From contig OZ242260.1 of the NCBI GenBank assembly GCA_965207065.1, positions 2,496,001-2,560,000 of the forward strand: a stretch of 64,000 nt of DNA, given 5' to 3'. Numbering within the stretch: position 1 is the first letter of the stretch; each line of letters begins with the position of its first letter. A program made the translations under genes and the position numbers. Under the pieces are notes generated by a model. The model worked only from the letters and a program-made list of their open reading frames with translations. It searched no databases and was not told the DNA's origin. This document shows, piece after piece, positions 10,039 through 18,785 of this stretch. The DNA is from a bacterium. Lineage in GTDB: Bacteria > UBA8248.

Positions 10039-10947
10039 CTAAACTACTTCTTTCTCTGCTGTGAGTGCTATCTGATCGAAAAAACCTGGTGGCAAGCTCT
10101 TGAAATTCTTTGACTCGTTACCCTCCTGATGCGCAAGGAGTTCGGCAAGCGGGAGTTCGATGAGCTGCGCATTAGGTAAATTTTGACCTGAATGTCTGTA
10201 TATGGTGCGCTTGTATGGCTTCCGGAAAGGGCTCACGGCCTGAGAGCCGCCAAATTTTCCGCAGTTACAGACCACCACATTGCAAAACAACATCCGTCCG
10301 AGTGCTTCAGCCAAGTGGTCGAATGATGTCGTGTCCCTGTTATAGGCGAGGATAAACAGCGTTTGTATTTTGTTGCGATACATAACGATCCGATCCAAGT
10401 CCATGAAGTCGTAACAGATTGCCACCGCGAATTTTCCCAAGTCTGTGCTTTCGAATATCCAAATCGTAGGATCTGACACAAACTTTACGCTAGCACCGGT
10501 AATATCTAGCAACCTTTTTTTTTCACCCGGAGCAGGATAGGTTTTCCCGACGCGCCGAGTTTCTGTGCGTGATGCAATTCGTCGCCCTTTCAACCGCCTA
10601 GGAACGATGACAACAGCTTCGTTTGATACCGCCGGATATGGCTGCGCGAGTTCTATCCGATAATCGAGCCCCGCAATAATAATCGACTCTATTTTATCAG
10701 CCGCCCTCTTAAGTTTACCTTCGAAACCTATGGGTATCGCGAGCTCAGGGAAGAGCACGATATCGGGTTGTCGTTCCATACTTCGTAGCCAAGCCAGATA
10801 ATGCCGAATTTCCTTTTTTGCTCGTTTTTCCTCTAAGAACGACATGCGTACACATTGTTGCCAGTTGCCCGATTTGTCATCAATCCACGCTGCTCTATCG
10901 TCTAGTGAAGTCTGAATGACACCGACAATTAGAGTGTTATTCACCAT
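10039..10947 (-). CDS. Carbon-nitrogen hydrolase (nitrilase family), RT-associated
   Basis: Catalytic triad in place: FPEL (Glu), VGKTYPA (Lys), AICYDF (Cys). SD GGAG...GGAG upstream. Overlaps the RT 3' end by 11 bp. Confidence 0.88.
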   Translation of the reverse strand: MVNNTLIVGVIQTSLDDRAAWIDDKSGNWQQCVRMSFLEEKRAKKEIRHYLAWLRSMERQPDIVLFPELAIPIGFEGKLKRAADKIESIIIAGLDYRIELAQPYPAVSNEAVVIVPRRLKGRRIASRTETRRVGKTYPAPGEKKRLLDITGASVKFVSDPTIWIFESTDLGKFAVAICYDFMDLDRIVMYRNKIQTLFILAYNRDTTSFDHLAEALGRMLFCNVVVCNCGKFGGSQAVSPFRKPYKRTIYRHSGQNLPNAQLIELPLAELLAHQEGNESKNFKSLPPGFFDQIALTAEKEVV

Positions 10948-13900
10948 AGTCCACCGCTCCTACTCCCTCATCTCGACCTGTGGCGAAGTCACTTAACCGA
11001 AATGGAATCAACTGCCGAGGCTGATTCATTACAACGGCCAATTGGTTGCCCTTAAGAGCATCTTGAGCGTTCTCTATTGCACTTAGCAATTCGTTTGGTC
11101 CGAGCAGCAAAGGTGGATCAAACTCAATATCGTTGGGCTCATTACCGTCTACCCAGCCGAACAGTCCAGGATGAAAAGTTAATGTCCGTGTTTCCGCGCT
11201 GCGAGCACTAAGGCAACCTTCCAGAAGTCGGAGGGTAGGTGAAGAAATCTCTAGCGATTGAAACCAGCGTCTTCGCGGCAACATAAGTATTTGCTCGTTG
11301 CCTCGGATGTTCCACATTCTTAATACCTTGTGATTGAGCTGCAATATGCCCAAAAGTAGGCGTCCCACACCGATGAGTCGTCGCTCCCATTCTTTTAACT
11401 GAAGTCCACCCTGAGTTTCTGTGAAATAGCGGTAGTCTAAAATGGATGTGGCTGAGTCACGCAGCTTGATTCGCCTTGTTTTTGTAGCCTGAACGAAATA
11501 TCGCCACTCTTCCCAACTTACACCTGCCAGAGAACTTTCATAAATAAACGCTGTCTTCCACTCCTCTGGTACCAGGACATTGTTGGGATGGAGACGATCC
11601 AAGAGCTTTTGTTGCACGGTTAAATCATCTACAATAGGCGAGACAAGCTGACGGGTGATCTCAAGTGCAGTCCATTCACTCCGCCTTGGATCGAAAGGGC
11701 TGAACTCTTGCGATATTAATTGCGTCCATTCCAGAAGTGTCATCCAGTCCTGGGATGGAGCTAATAGCGATCGGGCAGCACGTTTGAATGCCGACTTATT
11801 AGAAGAACTAGCTGCTACAATGCGCAAGTCGTTACCATCCATAGTATCACGTAACCAGCCGGAGTCGGTCTCTGGCATCGGCTTCTTTGAATGGAGTAAA
11901 TGAAGCCACCCTTTGTCCGATAGGAACTCGGGATATCTGCGCGCCGCTCGAACATCAATGCCATGAGAGAAAGAAAAAAGCAGTTCAAACCGTTTCCAGG
12001 CTGGGGAAGGTTTGTCATCAGCACTTAGTATGGACTCAGCAAAATGCGCCCAAACACTTGGTCTCTGGCCAGTTTCATGTACCCATGTCTCTGGAGGATC
12101 ATCAAATGACATGCGCACAAACTGGCTGGCTAGACCGTCGAGGCGCGCGCCGAGGCGTGTGTCTGTGATCGTTTGACGAACAACCTCAGCAACCGATAGT
12201 AATGCAACGCCGAATACCTTTCGACTGACGGCATGGAACCACGCTTCGTTCTCGAGTGGCACGAGAAATTTCATGGCGTCGATGTGGCTTAAGTCCTCCA
12301 AATGGCATAAGGCAGCTTTCTGTTCCGACTGTAATGCATCTTCTGCCTGCAATCTTCGGACACTCAGCAATGCACCCCGTGCCAAAATGTGGAGCGATAA
12401 TCCTGCATAATAGTTGCTCCAAACTATATGGCCTTGATCGCGGATTTCCTTTATCCAATTTCCAATTTCGCAAAGTCCCATAAAGCCAGTAACACGGCAG
12501 TACTCGTGAATCCTAAAGAATAAGCGAGGTTTTCCAGGGAATTCACGGAACGCCTGAAGCAGCAAACTGAAGCAATGTCGCAAATGACGCTCTTCGCTCT
12601 TCTTGTCCTCTGCTTGCAAAGTCTCTACCTGTTTCTTCTGCTCTTCCATGGCAGTTCTGTGCTCATCTATTTTCTTCTGTGTTGCAGTTTCTGGATTAGG
12701 GGCTTGAGCTTTGATAATTTCTAGGTTCCGAGCAGCGGCGACAAGACCATCCGCTTCTTGGGCAAGGATGGGTGCTAAATTTGCAATCTGGCCAGCTGCG
12801 AATGCGGCGCGTGTATCTGGGCGGATTTCCCGTTCAGGGATATTGGCTAACAAAAGCCATTCGAGCAGTTTCAGACGTTCCTCAAGATCTTCGTCATCCA
12901 AAATGTCAATATTTGCTGCAGCTATAGCTGAGATCTGTCCGAGCGTTTTCGTAAGGAGCTTAGTAGGATTCCTGCCATCAAACTTGGTGTCGTGGATCGC
13001 GGCCTCCTCAGCTTTCTGTTCTGAGTGTTTCTTTGCTTGTTTTCTCGTACCTTTGGTATTCATCAACGCTTTAGCGCGTGTCTTCATCCACTTCCCAAGG
13101 CTGGTAGGGTCGTACTTTTCGTCATTTACTTCCGCACCGATGTCAAAGTTAGTCAATAAGGTGCAGTACTCGTCGATCCAATTGCAAAGTTCCTCGAAGT
13201 CATATGCAAGTAGTGTGTGGTCATCTACAAATCGAAAATGAGCAATGGATCGCCGATTAATAATGCGGCTGTTGACGATGGTATCTATCGGAAGCATGGC
13301 TGCATTGGCAAGAAATCCCGCCACGAAAAGTCCTGTTGGAATCCCTTGGACTCGTAGACCCCTATATTTGGGCTCGACGTGTTCAAGGGTGTGCGGAGGC
13401 ATTTCAGACTTGTCGAGCCGAAAGTCAAGCATTCCACTAAGTAGATTCTTCATGCGATCATCGAAGCTTTCCGCGGAGGCTAGTCCTTTTAGCACCGCTT
13501 CAGTTTGTAAACTAGGAAAGAATTGCTTCAGATCGATCGATGCGTGAAAAAGTTCGGTCCCGTGTGTTTGCCCCGTTTTCGATTGCCAGAAATGAGCCTT
13601 CAAATATGGCAATTTTTCTTTTTCTGCCGCGATAAAGGCCATTTGATCGCTCTGATCGAGGTTTTCTGGATTCATGGTTCGCGCCATTGTTCGGGCTGTA
13701 AGTGCTACGTGTCGTCTAAAGAGCGGCCAGCTATGCTGAAATTTTCGGTAGAGATAACCGCTGGCATGCCTATACGGCCCGATTTCTAGAGTTGACTGCT
13801 GGTTTTCATCGTTCTCGTACCAAGCTTGCCGATATATACGATTGCCGTAGCTCCATGGTGGCATTTTCAAGTCAAGTTCGGGCCCGAGCGCATTAGCAAT

Positions 13901-14188
13901 GGCAATCCAAGCAACCTGATCATCAATGGCCACATGATAATATTGGCGATTGATTGGTTTTTCGCCCTTAATTTCTTTTGGCCGTGGCAATGGGCGTAGT
14001 TTCTTGGGACGCCAGAAACCCTGTGCAAATTTCTGATGAATTCCGAGCAACCGCTGTTCGAGGTTAAGTTCAAACTCGGCTAACTCACAATTGTCGATGT
14101 AACCGTCAAAAGCGCGATAGAGTCTTTTGGTTTTTAGCCAAGCGTAATTAAGGTTTTCTGGCAGCAATAGTCGATCGTATGCATTCAA
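10937..14188 (-). CDS. Large unknown-group (UG/Abi, DRT-like) reverse transcriptase
   Basis: RT motifs SYGNR, IDLKQFFPSL, GIPTGLFVAGFLAN and FRFVDDH (13220-13231) as the YxDD equivalent, then a long helical C-terminal extension. TTG start with AAAGGAGG SD, overlapping the primase stop (TTGA). Confidence 0.88.
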   Translation of the reverse strand: MNAYDRLLLPENLNYAWLKTKRLYRAFDGYIDNCELAEFELNLEQRLLGIHQKFAQGFWRPKKLRPLPRPKEIKGEKPINRQYYHVAIDDQVAWIAIANALGPELDLKMPPWSYGNRIYRQAWYENDENQQSTLEIGPYRHASGYLYRKFQHSWPLFRRHVALTARTMARTMNPENLDQSDQMAFIAAEKEKLPYLKAHFWQSKTGQTHGTELFHASIDLKQFFPSLQTEAVLKGLASAESFDDRMKNLLSGMLDFRLDKSEMPPHTLEHVEPKYRGLRVQGIPTGLFVAGFLANAAMLPIDTIVNSRIINRRSIAHFRFVDDHTLLAYDFEELCNWIDEYCTLLTNFDIGAEVNDEKYDPTSLGKWMKTRAKALMNTKGTRKQAKKHSEQKAEEAAIHDTKFDGRNPTKLLTKTLGQISAIAAANIDILDDEDLEERLKLLEWLLLANIPEREIRPDTRAAFAAGQIANLAPILAQEADGLVAAARNLEIIKAQAPNPETATQKKIDEHRTAMEEQKKQVETLQAEDKKSEERHLRHCFSLLLQAFREFPGKPRLFFRIHEYCRVTGFMGLCEIGNWIKEIRDQGHIVWSNYYAGLSLHILARGALLSVRRLQAEDALQSEQKAALCHLEDLSHIDAMKFLVPLENEAWFHAVSRKVFGVALLSVAEVVRQTITDTRLGARLDGLASQFVRMSFDDPPETWVHETGQRPSVWAHFAESILSADDKPSPAWKRFELLFSFSHGIDVRAARRYPEFLSDKGWLHLLHSKKPMPETDSGWLRDTMDGNDLRIVAASSSNKSAFKRAARSLLAPSQDWMTLLEWTQLISQEFSPFDPRRSEWTALEITRQLVSPIVDDLTVQQKLLDRLHPNNVLVPEEWKTAFIYESSLAGVSWEEWRYFVQATKTRRIKLRDSATSILDYRYFTETQGGLQLKEWERRLIGVGRLLLGILQLNHKVLRMWNIRGNEQILMLPRRRWFQSLEISSPTLRLLEGCLSARSAETRTLTFHPGLFGWVDGNEPNDIEFDPPLLLGPNELLSAIENAQDALKGNQLAVVMNQPRQLIPFRLSDFATGRDEGVGAVDYGE

Positions 14189-15243
14189 CTTTGCGCCCTC
14201 CTTTCCATTAGATATTCATTGACATCTTTCACAGTGGGAGAAGGGCATCTCTTCCGCGTTGAAGCTATACCGAACTTACGCATTTCTTTCTGCAGATCAG
14301 CAGCACCTGTTTCCCCGGATGAATCCCAATCCAAGAGAATAACGACCTGCTTTCCGCGCAACTGGCTGAGCTGTTCTTTGTTCAACTTTGCATTAGCACC
14401 GATTAATCCGATGGCACCATATCCAAGCTCAATTGCAGACAGAGTGTCTATGACACCTTCGCAAATGGCAAATAGTCTGCACCGGGTATCGAGCAGTGCG
14501 CCTATGTTATAAATGCGACGCTTGCGATGATTGAGATTGCGCCACTTTCCTCGATTTTCAGTTCCTGGAAGCAGACGCGACTGGAAATATGTAATTTGAC
14601 CGTTCTCGATAAAAGGGAACAAAAGGCTATTTTCAGGAAATATGAATAAACTGTTTTTCGTGGTCGATTTATTGGCAAGCAAGCCTGCAGTTTCAAGCCG
14701 CTGATAGCCAAAGGTGCGGATCAACGTATTAAGAATGGCCCTGCGATTTGATATCTGCCCGATGCGGAAGTCAGATATCTTCTCCTCTGATAGGCCCCTT
14801 TTGACCAAGTATTTCAGCCCACTTTTTTGCAGCGGCGCACGCTGGAGAAGTTTTTCATACACTTCATAGTCCGGTGGGGACTCAGCTAATTCATGTGTCA
14901 CAGGAGACGATGGTTTGGCTATAGGCATTACGCGGGAACCGTAACTCGTTGGCGGCAATGTTGTAGTGTCCATTTCTACACGAGCTGCGAGCCACCGTTT
15001 CGCCTCTGAAAAGTTGATACGATGATAGAACTTTACAAGATCGATTGCTCCTCCTTTGCGCCCACACCCATAGCAAATCCAGCGATTAACCAAGTTTCCT
15101 ATTACGAATGAGGGTGATTTATCAGCGTGATCCGGAAACGGACAGTGAGCAGATCCACGGAACGGAAGCTGCAACCCAAGTAAATTCCCAACGAATTGGA
15201 TAGGCATGCGATTGAGTGTTTCAGTGTCTTCACGAAAACCCAT
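14185..15243 (-). CDS. DnaG-like primase (CHC2 zinc finger plus TOPRIM), lacking the helicase-binding domain
   Basis: CPFPDHADKSPSF...WICYGCGRKGGAIDLV zinc finger, YLVKRGLS, and TOPRIM motifs ICEGVIDTLS and LLDWDSSG...KDVNE. Confidence 0.88.
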   Translation of the reverse strand: MGFREDTETLNRMPIQFVGNLLGLQLPFRGSAHCPFPDHADKSPSFVIGNLVNRWICYGCGRKGGAIDLVKFYHRINFSEAKRWLAARVEMDTTTLPPTSYGSRVMPIAKPSSPVTHELAESPPDYEVYEKLLQRAPLQKSGLKYLVKRGLSEEKISDFRIGQISNRRAILNTLIRTFGYQRLETAGLLANKSTTKNSLFIFPENSLLFPFIENGQITYFQSRLLPGTENRGKWRNLNHRKRRIYNIGALLDTRCRLFAICEGVIDTLSAIELGYGAIGLIGANAKLNKEQLSQLRGKQVVILLDWDSSGETGAADLQKEMRKFGIASTRKRCPSPTVKDVNEYLMERRAQS

Positions 15244-15334
15244 GTGTCATGTCCTTAGGATATCAGACTCTGAGTGTAGCCAATACAACTTCATCTGTGT
15301 GTCACTCGTCCAAGTTTAGGACATATTTTGACAC
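15244..15334 (-). promoter_or_regulatory. Extended imperfect stem-loop directly upstream of the primase start codon, covering its SD
   Basis: GTGTCA(15244-49)/TGACAC(15329-34), TGTCCT(15250-55)/AGGACA(15318-23) and GAGTG(15272-76)/CACTC(15303-07) pair in nested order. The minus-strand SD AAGGA lies mostly within the stem. Confidence 0.4.
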
Positions 15335-15698
15335 TGGGGTTTTGTCGGCAACCTGTTGCAAAAGGTTCTTTATTTGTGATTTTCAATGCTCAGCTTTCTC
15401 TATTATGGTTCTTGCAAACTACAACTTGGCAGAAACAAGCGTGTCCTGTGTCGTGCGAAATTGACAATTTGAATGTCCAATTGCATGCAAAGTTTAAGGC
15501 GCAGTCTGACACTGCCGTCAAAAAAATTATTAAGGTAAATTCCTATATTTCAGGCATTCACGTTTTTTGAAGATCGGCACGCTCTATTTAACGACGGATG
15601 CGGGACAATGCGCACCGGAAAGAAAACCACACACGTTGCTCCAGGTTCTTAGACGAAGGCGAATCTGCACCCCTGAGGCAATCCGCGATAGGCCGATA

Positions 15699-15720
15699 CG
15701 CATTCGTGGCGTCGAATGCG
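15699..15720 (-). terminator. Hairpin downstream of the PBP1A stop codon
   Basis: Perfect 8-bp stem CGCATTCG/CGAATGCG with a 6-nt loop. No strong U-tract. Confidence 0.35.
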
Positions 15721-15919
15721 CGCCCCGAACCGAGCGCGTAGACGTCTTAACCGCCGCCCAGTATCGCCGGCAGGAGAGATTTCCGGGCGCAAGGCTCTGA
15801 TGGCTCCGTTCCCTCCACGAAGGCTTCCAGTATCGGTTCCCCCTCGCACCAGGCCGAGGGTAAATGGCCGGAGCGCGAATCCACGTTCACCAGTATGATG
15901 CCAGGCGGCGGCTCCGGGT
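15720..15919. repeat. Direct repeat, copy 2: the current 3' end of the PBP1A gene
   Basis: Matches 9801-10000. Perfect core at 15802-15884. Confidence 0.95.
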
Positions 15920-17969
15920 TCCGAATTTCATATTCCCTGTCTTCGAACCAGCCCTTCATCACTTCGACCCAGACGGGCAGGGCCGCGCTTCCGCCCGAAG
16001 CCCGGTAGCCCATGTGCTTGTTGTCGTCGCGGCCCACCCATACGCCCAGCACGAGGTCTTCGGAGAAGCCGATGAACCAGGCGTCCCGGAATTCGTTCGT
16101 GGTGCCTGTTTTCCCGGCCAGGAATGCGCCGATCTCTTTGGCCTTTTTCCCGGTTCCGTTCGTGACGACGCCGCGCAGAAGCATTTTCATCTGGTATGCC
16201 GTCTCGGGCGTGATGGCGAGGTGCGTCGTGGGAACGTTGTCTTCCAGCACCCGGTTTCTCCCATCGGTGACTTTCGTGATCTCATAGGGCCGCGCGTATA
16301 CGCCGCGCGTGGCGAATGGGATGTATGAGGCCGTGAACTGGTATGGCGACACCTCGATGGAGCCGAGAGCGAGGGAAAGGTACGGGTTCATTTTCGAGCG
16401 AATGCCGAGCCGGTGCGCGAACGTGATCGCCTTTTGCGGACCCATCTGGTCGAGCAGCTTGATGGTCGCCAGGTTGAGGGAGGATTCCAGGGCCTTTCGC
16501 ATGGTGACGGGGCCATAGAACTTGTTGGTGTAGTTTCTGGGTTTCCAGTCCTTGAGCGTCCCCGGCATGCGGCGCACGAAGGGGGTATCCATGAGTATAT
16601 GGGCGGGCGTGTAGCCCTGGGAAAGGGCAGTCCCCATGACGATGGGCTTGAAAGCCGAACCCGGCTGGCGCCTCGCCTGCGTGGCGCGGTTGAACGGGAA
16701 GCGGCGGAAGTTGGTTCCGCCCGTCAGGGCGCGGAGCGCTCCGGTTTTGGGGTCGAACGCGATGACGGCTCCTTGTACGGTTTCCTGCCACTCCAGGAAT
16801 AGTTTTTTCGAGGCGCGGTCCACCTTGATCACGCGCCCCAGAAGCAGGTCGCCTTCCCTGAGCCTTTTGGGGTCGATGTGTCGGGGAGCAGGCATCTCCG
16901 CCTCATAGTCCCCGATGATTCCGCTCACCATCTTGCCCGTGATGTCCAGAATGTGGAACTGGAATCGATCCCCCAATCGCGGCGGCCTCTTGATTTCCGC
17001 TCCGGGACTCTTGAATCCGCGTCTTTTGTTTATCTTCTCGATTCCGTTGATGAGCGCTTTGTGAGCGATTTTCTGCAGGCCGATATCGATCGTCGTATGG
17101 ATTTGCAGACCGCTCTTGTAAAGGGATTGTCCATATCGGCGGCTGAGGCTGATGCGCGTTTTTTCAATGAAATAGGCGGCTTCCGGCACGATATTGGCTA
17201 TCCGGGGGATCACTTCGATTGGCTCTTCGCGGGTGGTATTCGCCTGCTCTTCGGTGATGAAGCCCGAAGCCCGCATTCTGTCGATCACCAGGTTGCGTCT
17301 CCACATCGCCTTTTCGGGATTGGTTCTGGGATTGAACCTGGTGGGCGCCTTGGGCAGACCTGCAATCATGGCGGATTCGGCCAGGGTGAGTTGGGCGACC
17401 GTTTTCCCGAAATATATCTGGGCCGCCGCCTGCACGCCGTACGCGCCGCTGCCGAGGTAGATTTGGTTCATGTAAAATTCGAGTATTTCATCTTTCGTGA
17501 AGCGCCGCTCGATCTCGAGGGCCAATAAGGCTTCCCGAAATTTCCGCTTGAGTTTTTGCTCTGGCGTCAGGAAGAGGACTTTCGCCAACTGCTGCGTGAT
17601 GGTGCTGCCCCCCTGAACGTAGCGGCCCGCGAGCAGGTTCTTGATAAACGCCCGAAAGATATCGGGATAGCTCACGCCGGGGTGGTCGTAGAAGCGGCTG
17701 TCTTCTATGGCCAGAAACGCCTGCTGCAGCTTTGCGGGGATTTGTTTCAAAGGGATGGGTTTTCTTCTTTCCTGGTACAGTTCCGCCAGCAACTCGCCTC
17801 CGCGGGCGTAAATGCGCGTGATGGTGTTGGGTTTATAGTTATGGAGACGCTCGAGTTCGGGAAAATCGTAAAGATAGGTAAAGCTGGCGCCTATCCCCAT
17901 TCCGCATAAAATGGCCAGAACACTTAGGGTGAGAAGGGTTGTTCTTCCGCGTATGGAACGGGGCAACAA
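15747..17969 (-). CDS. mrcA: Penicillin-binding protein 1A (bifunctional transglycosylase/transpeptidase)
   Basis: N-terminal TM anchor, EDSRFYDHPG, GGSTITQQLAK, RKFRE, SxxK (GSAFKP), SLN and KTGT. Probable TTG start at 17969 with AAAGAGGA SD; the ORF is open to 18035. Confidence 0.93.
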   Translation of the reverse strand: MLPRSIRGRTTLLTLSVLAILCGMGIGASFTYLYDFPELERLHNYKPNTITRIYARGGELLAELYQERRKPIPLKQIPAKLQQAFLAIEDSRFYDHPGVSYPDIFRAFIKNLLAGRYVQGGSTITQQLAKVLFLTPEQKLKRKFREALLALEIERRFTKDEILEFYMNQIYLGSGAYGVQAAAQIYFGKTVAQLTLAESAMIAGLPKAPTRFNPRTNPEKAMWRRNLVIDRMRASGFITEEQANTTREEPIEVIPRIANIVPEAAYFIEKTRISLSRRYGQSLYKSGLQIHTTIDIGLQKIAHKALINGIEKINKRRGFKSPGAEIKRPPRLGDRFQFHILDITGKMVSGIIGDYEAEMPAPRHIDPKRLREGDLLLGRVIKVDRASKKLFLEWQETVQGAVIAFDPKTGALRALTGGTNFRRFPFNRATQARRQPGSAFKPIVMGTALSQGYTPAHILMDTPFVRRMPGTLKDWKPRNYTNKFYGPVTMRKALESSLNLATIKLLDQMGPQKAITFAHRLGIRSKMNPYLSLALGSIEVSPYQFTASYIPFATRGVYARPYEITKVTDGRNRVLEDNVPTTHLAITPETAYQMKMLLRGVVTNGTGKKAKEIGAFLAGKTGTTNEFRDAWFIGFSEDLVLGVWVGRDDNKHMGYRASGGSAALPVWVEVMKGWFEDREYEIRNPEPPPGIILVNVDSRSGHLPSAWCEGEPILEAFVEGTEPSEPCARKSLLPAILGGG

Positions 17970-18189
17970 CGGAGTGGTCCTCTTTGGGAGGCGAATTTTT
18001 CGAAGCGTTTCTCCGCATTTTGCGGAGATCGACAATTATAGGTTTGCAACGCCCTTTTCGCAATGTTTAAAAAACCGGGGAGTTCGTATTTCTCGCGACG
18101 AAGCCGTTCCTGGGAGATGAGGGCAGGGTCTATGCGGACAGGCGCGGCGTCTGGTGGTTCCTTATCGGATCGGTATTCTCCGCCACTGG

Positions 18190-18564
18190 GTTTTGGGTAC
18201 ACCCTCATGTTTTTGGACGTCACCGTCGTCCTGCCCCTGAGCCACAACGCCCTGATATGGGTGGTGTTCCTGAGCCTCGTCTTCATGGGCGGTCTGGGGA
18301 TTCACGGCGAACGGCGCCAAGGTCCTGCTGCACCAGATGGCGGGCTCGAAGGAGGACGCCGAGACGGTGAGCCCGTTCTTCCAGGACAAGCACGCCCACG
18401 GCCTGGGCGACCCGCTGCGGGTGCTCAGGGTCACCGGCTTCGAGCGCCGCCAGATGGACACTCTGAGGCGGGAACTGGACCAGAACTACGAAGAGGAAAA
18501 CGACATCAGGAAGCCCTCAGCCGATATGCGCCAAAAGAAATTATCCAGCATCTACAGGACTTGA
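18190..18564 (+). pseudogene. Probable frameshifted fragment of an ABC-exporter transmembrane domain
   Basis: A hydrophobic stretch (LIWVVFLSLVFMGGLG) continues in another frame as GAKVLLHQMAGSKEDAETVSPFFQD...LRVLRVTGFERRQMDTLRREL. This resembles the exporter 'QE..G.RV.K.F..E' segment. GC-rich patch with no full gene. Confidence 0.35.
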
Positions 18565-18785
18565 CCCGTTCCGGGAACATTACCTGATTGTATGCTATAA
18601 GAACCTATAATTCGAGTAAAAAATATAAATCTAGTATTGGGGAACTCCACGAGCAAGGGTGAAAAACGGAACTATTCTTCACTTGCGCTGTTATTGTCGC
18701 AACGTCCCGGCAAATTTGTCGAGGTTTCGTTTGACTGCTTGTATGTTCCGCCTGAGAAGTCTCCTGGGCGGGCTCACAAAGGGAG

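Larger units (their letters stand above)
10001..15719. mobile_element. Integrase-less accessory cassette (primase-RT-nitrilase) bounded by the PBP1A 3'-end direct repeats
   Basis: Abrupt shift to AT-richer sequence between the two 200-bp repeats. It contains three co-oriented overlapping genes and a leader. Confidence 0.8.

Noticed and set aside
10937-14188. RT as a group II intron, retron or DGR enzyme
   Set aside because: No maturase/HNH domain or intron ends, no retron VTG motif and no template/variable repeat pair. Size and nitrilase partner point to UG/Abi.
14185-15243. Primase as the replicon of a prophage, plasmid or satellite
   Set aside because: No helicase, integrase, structural genes or iterons in the cassette. 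It overlaps the RT start.
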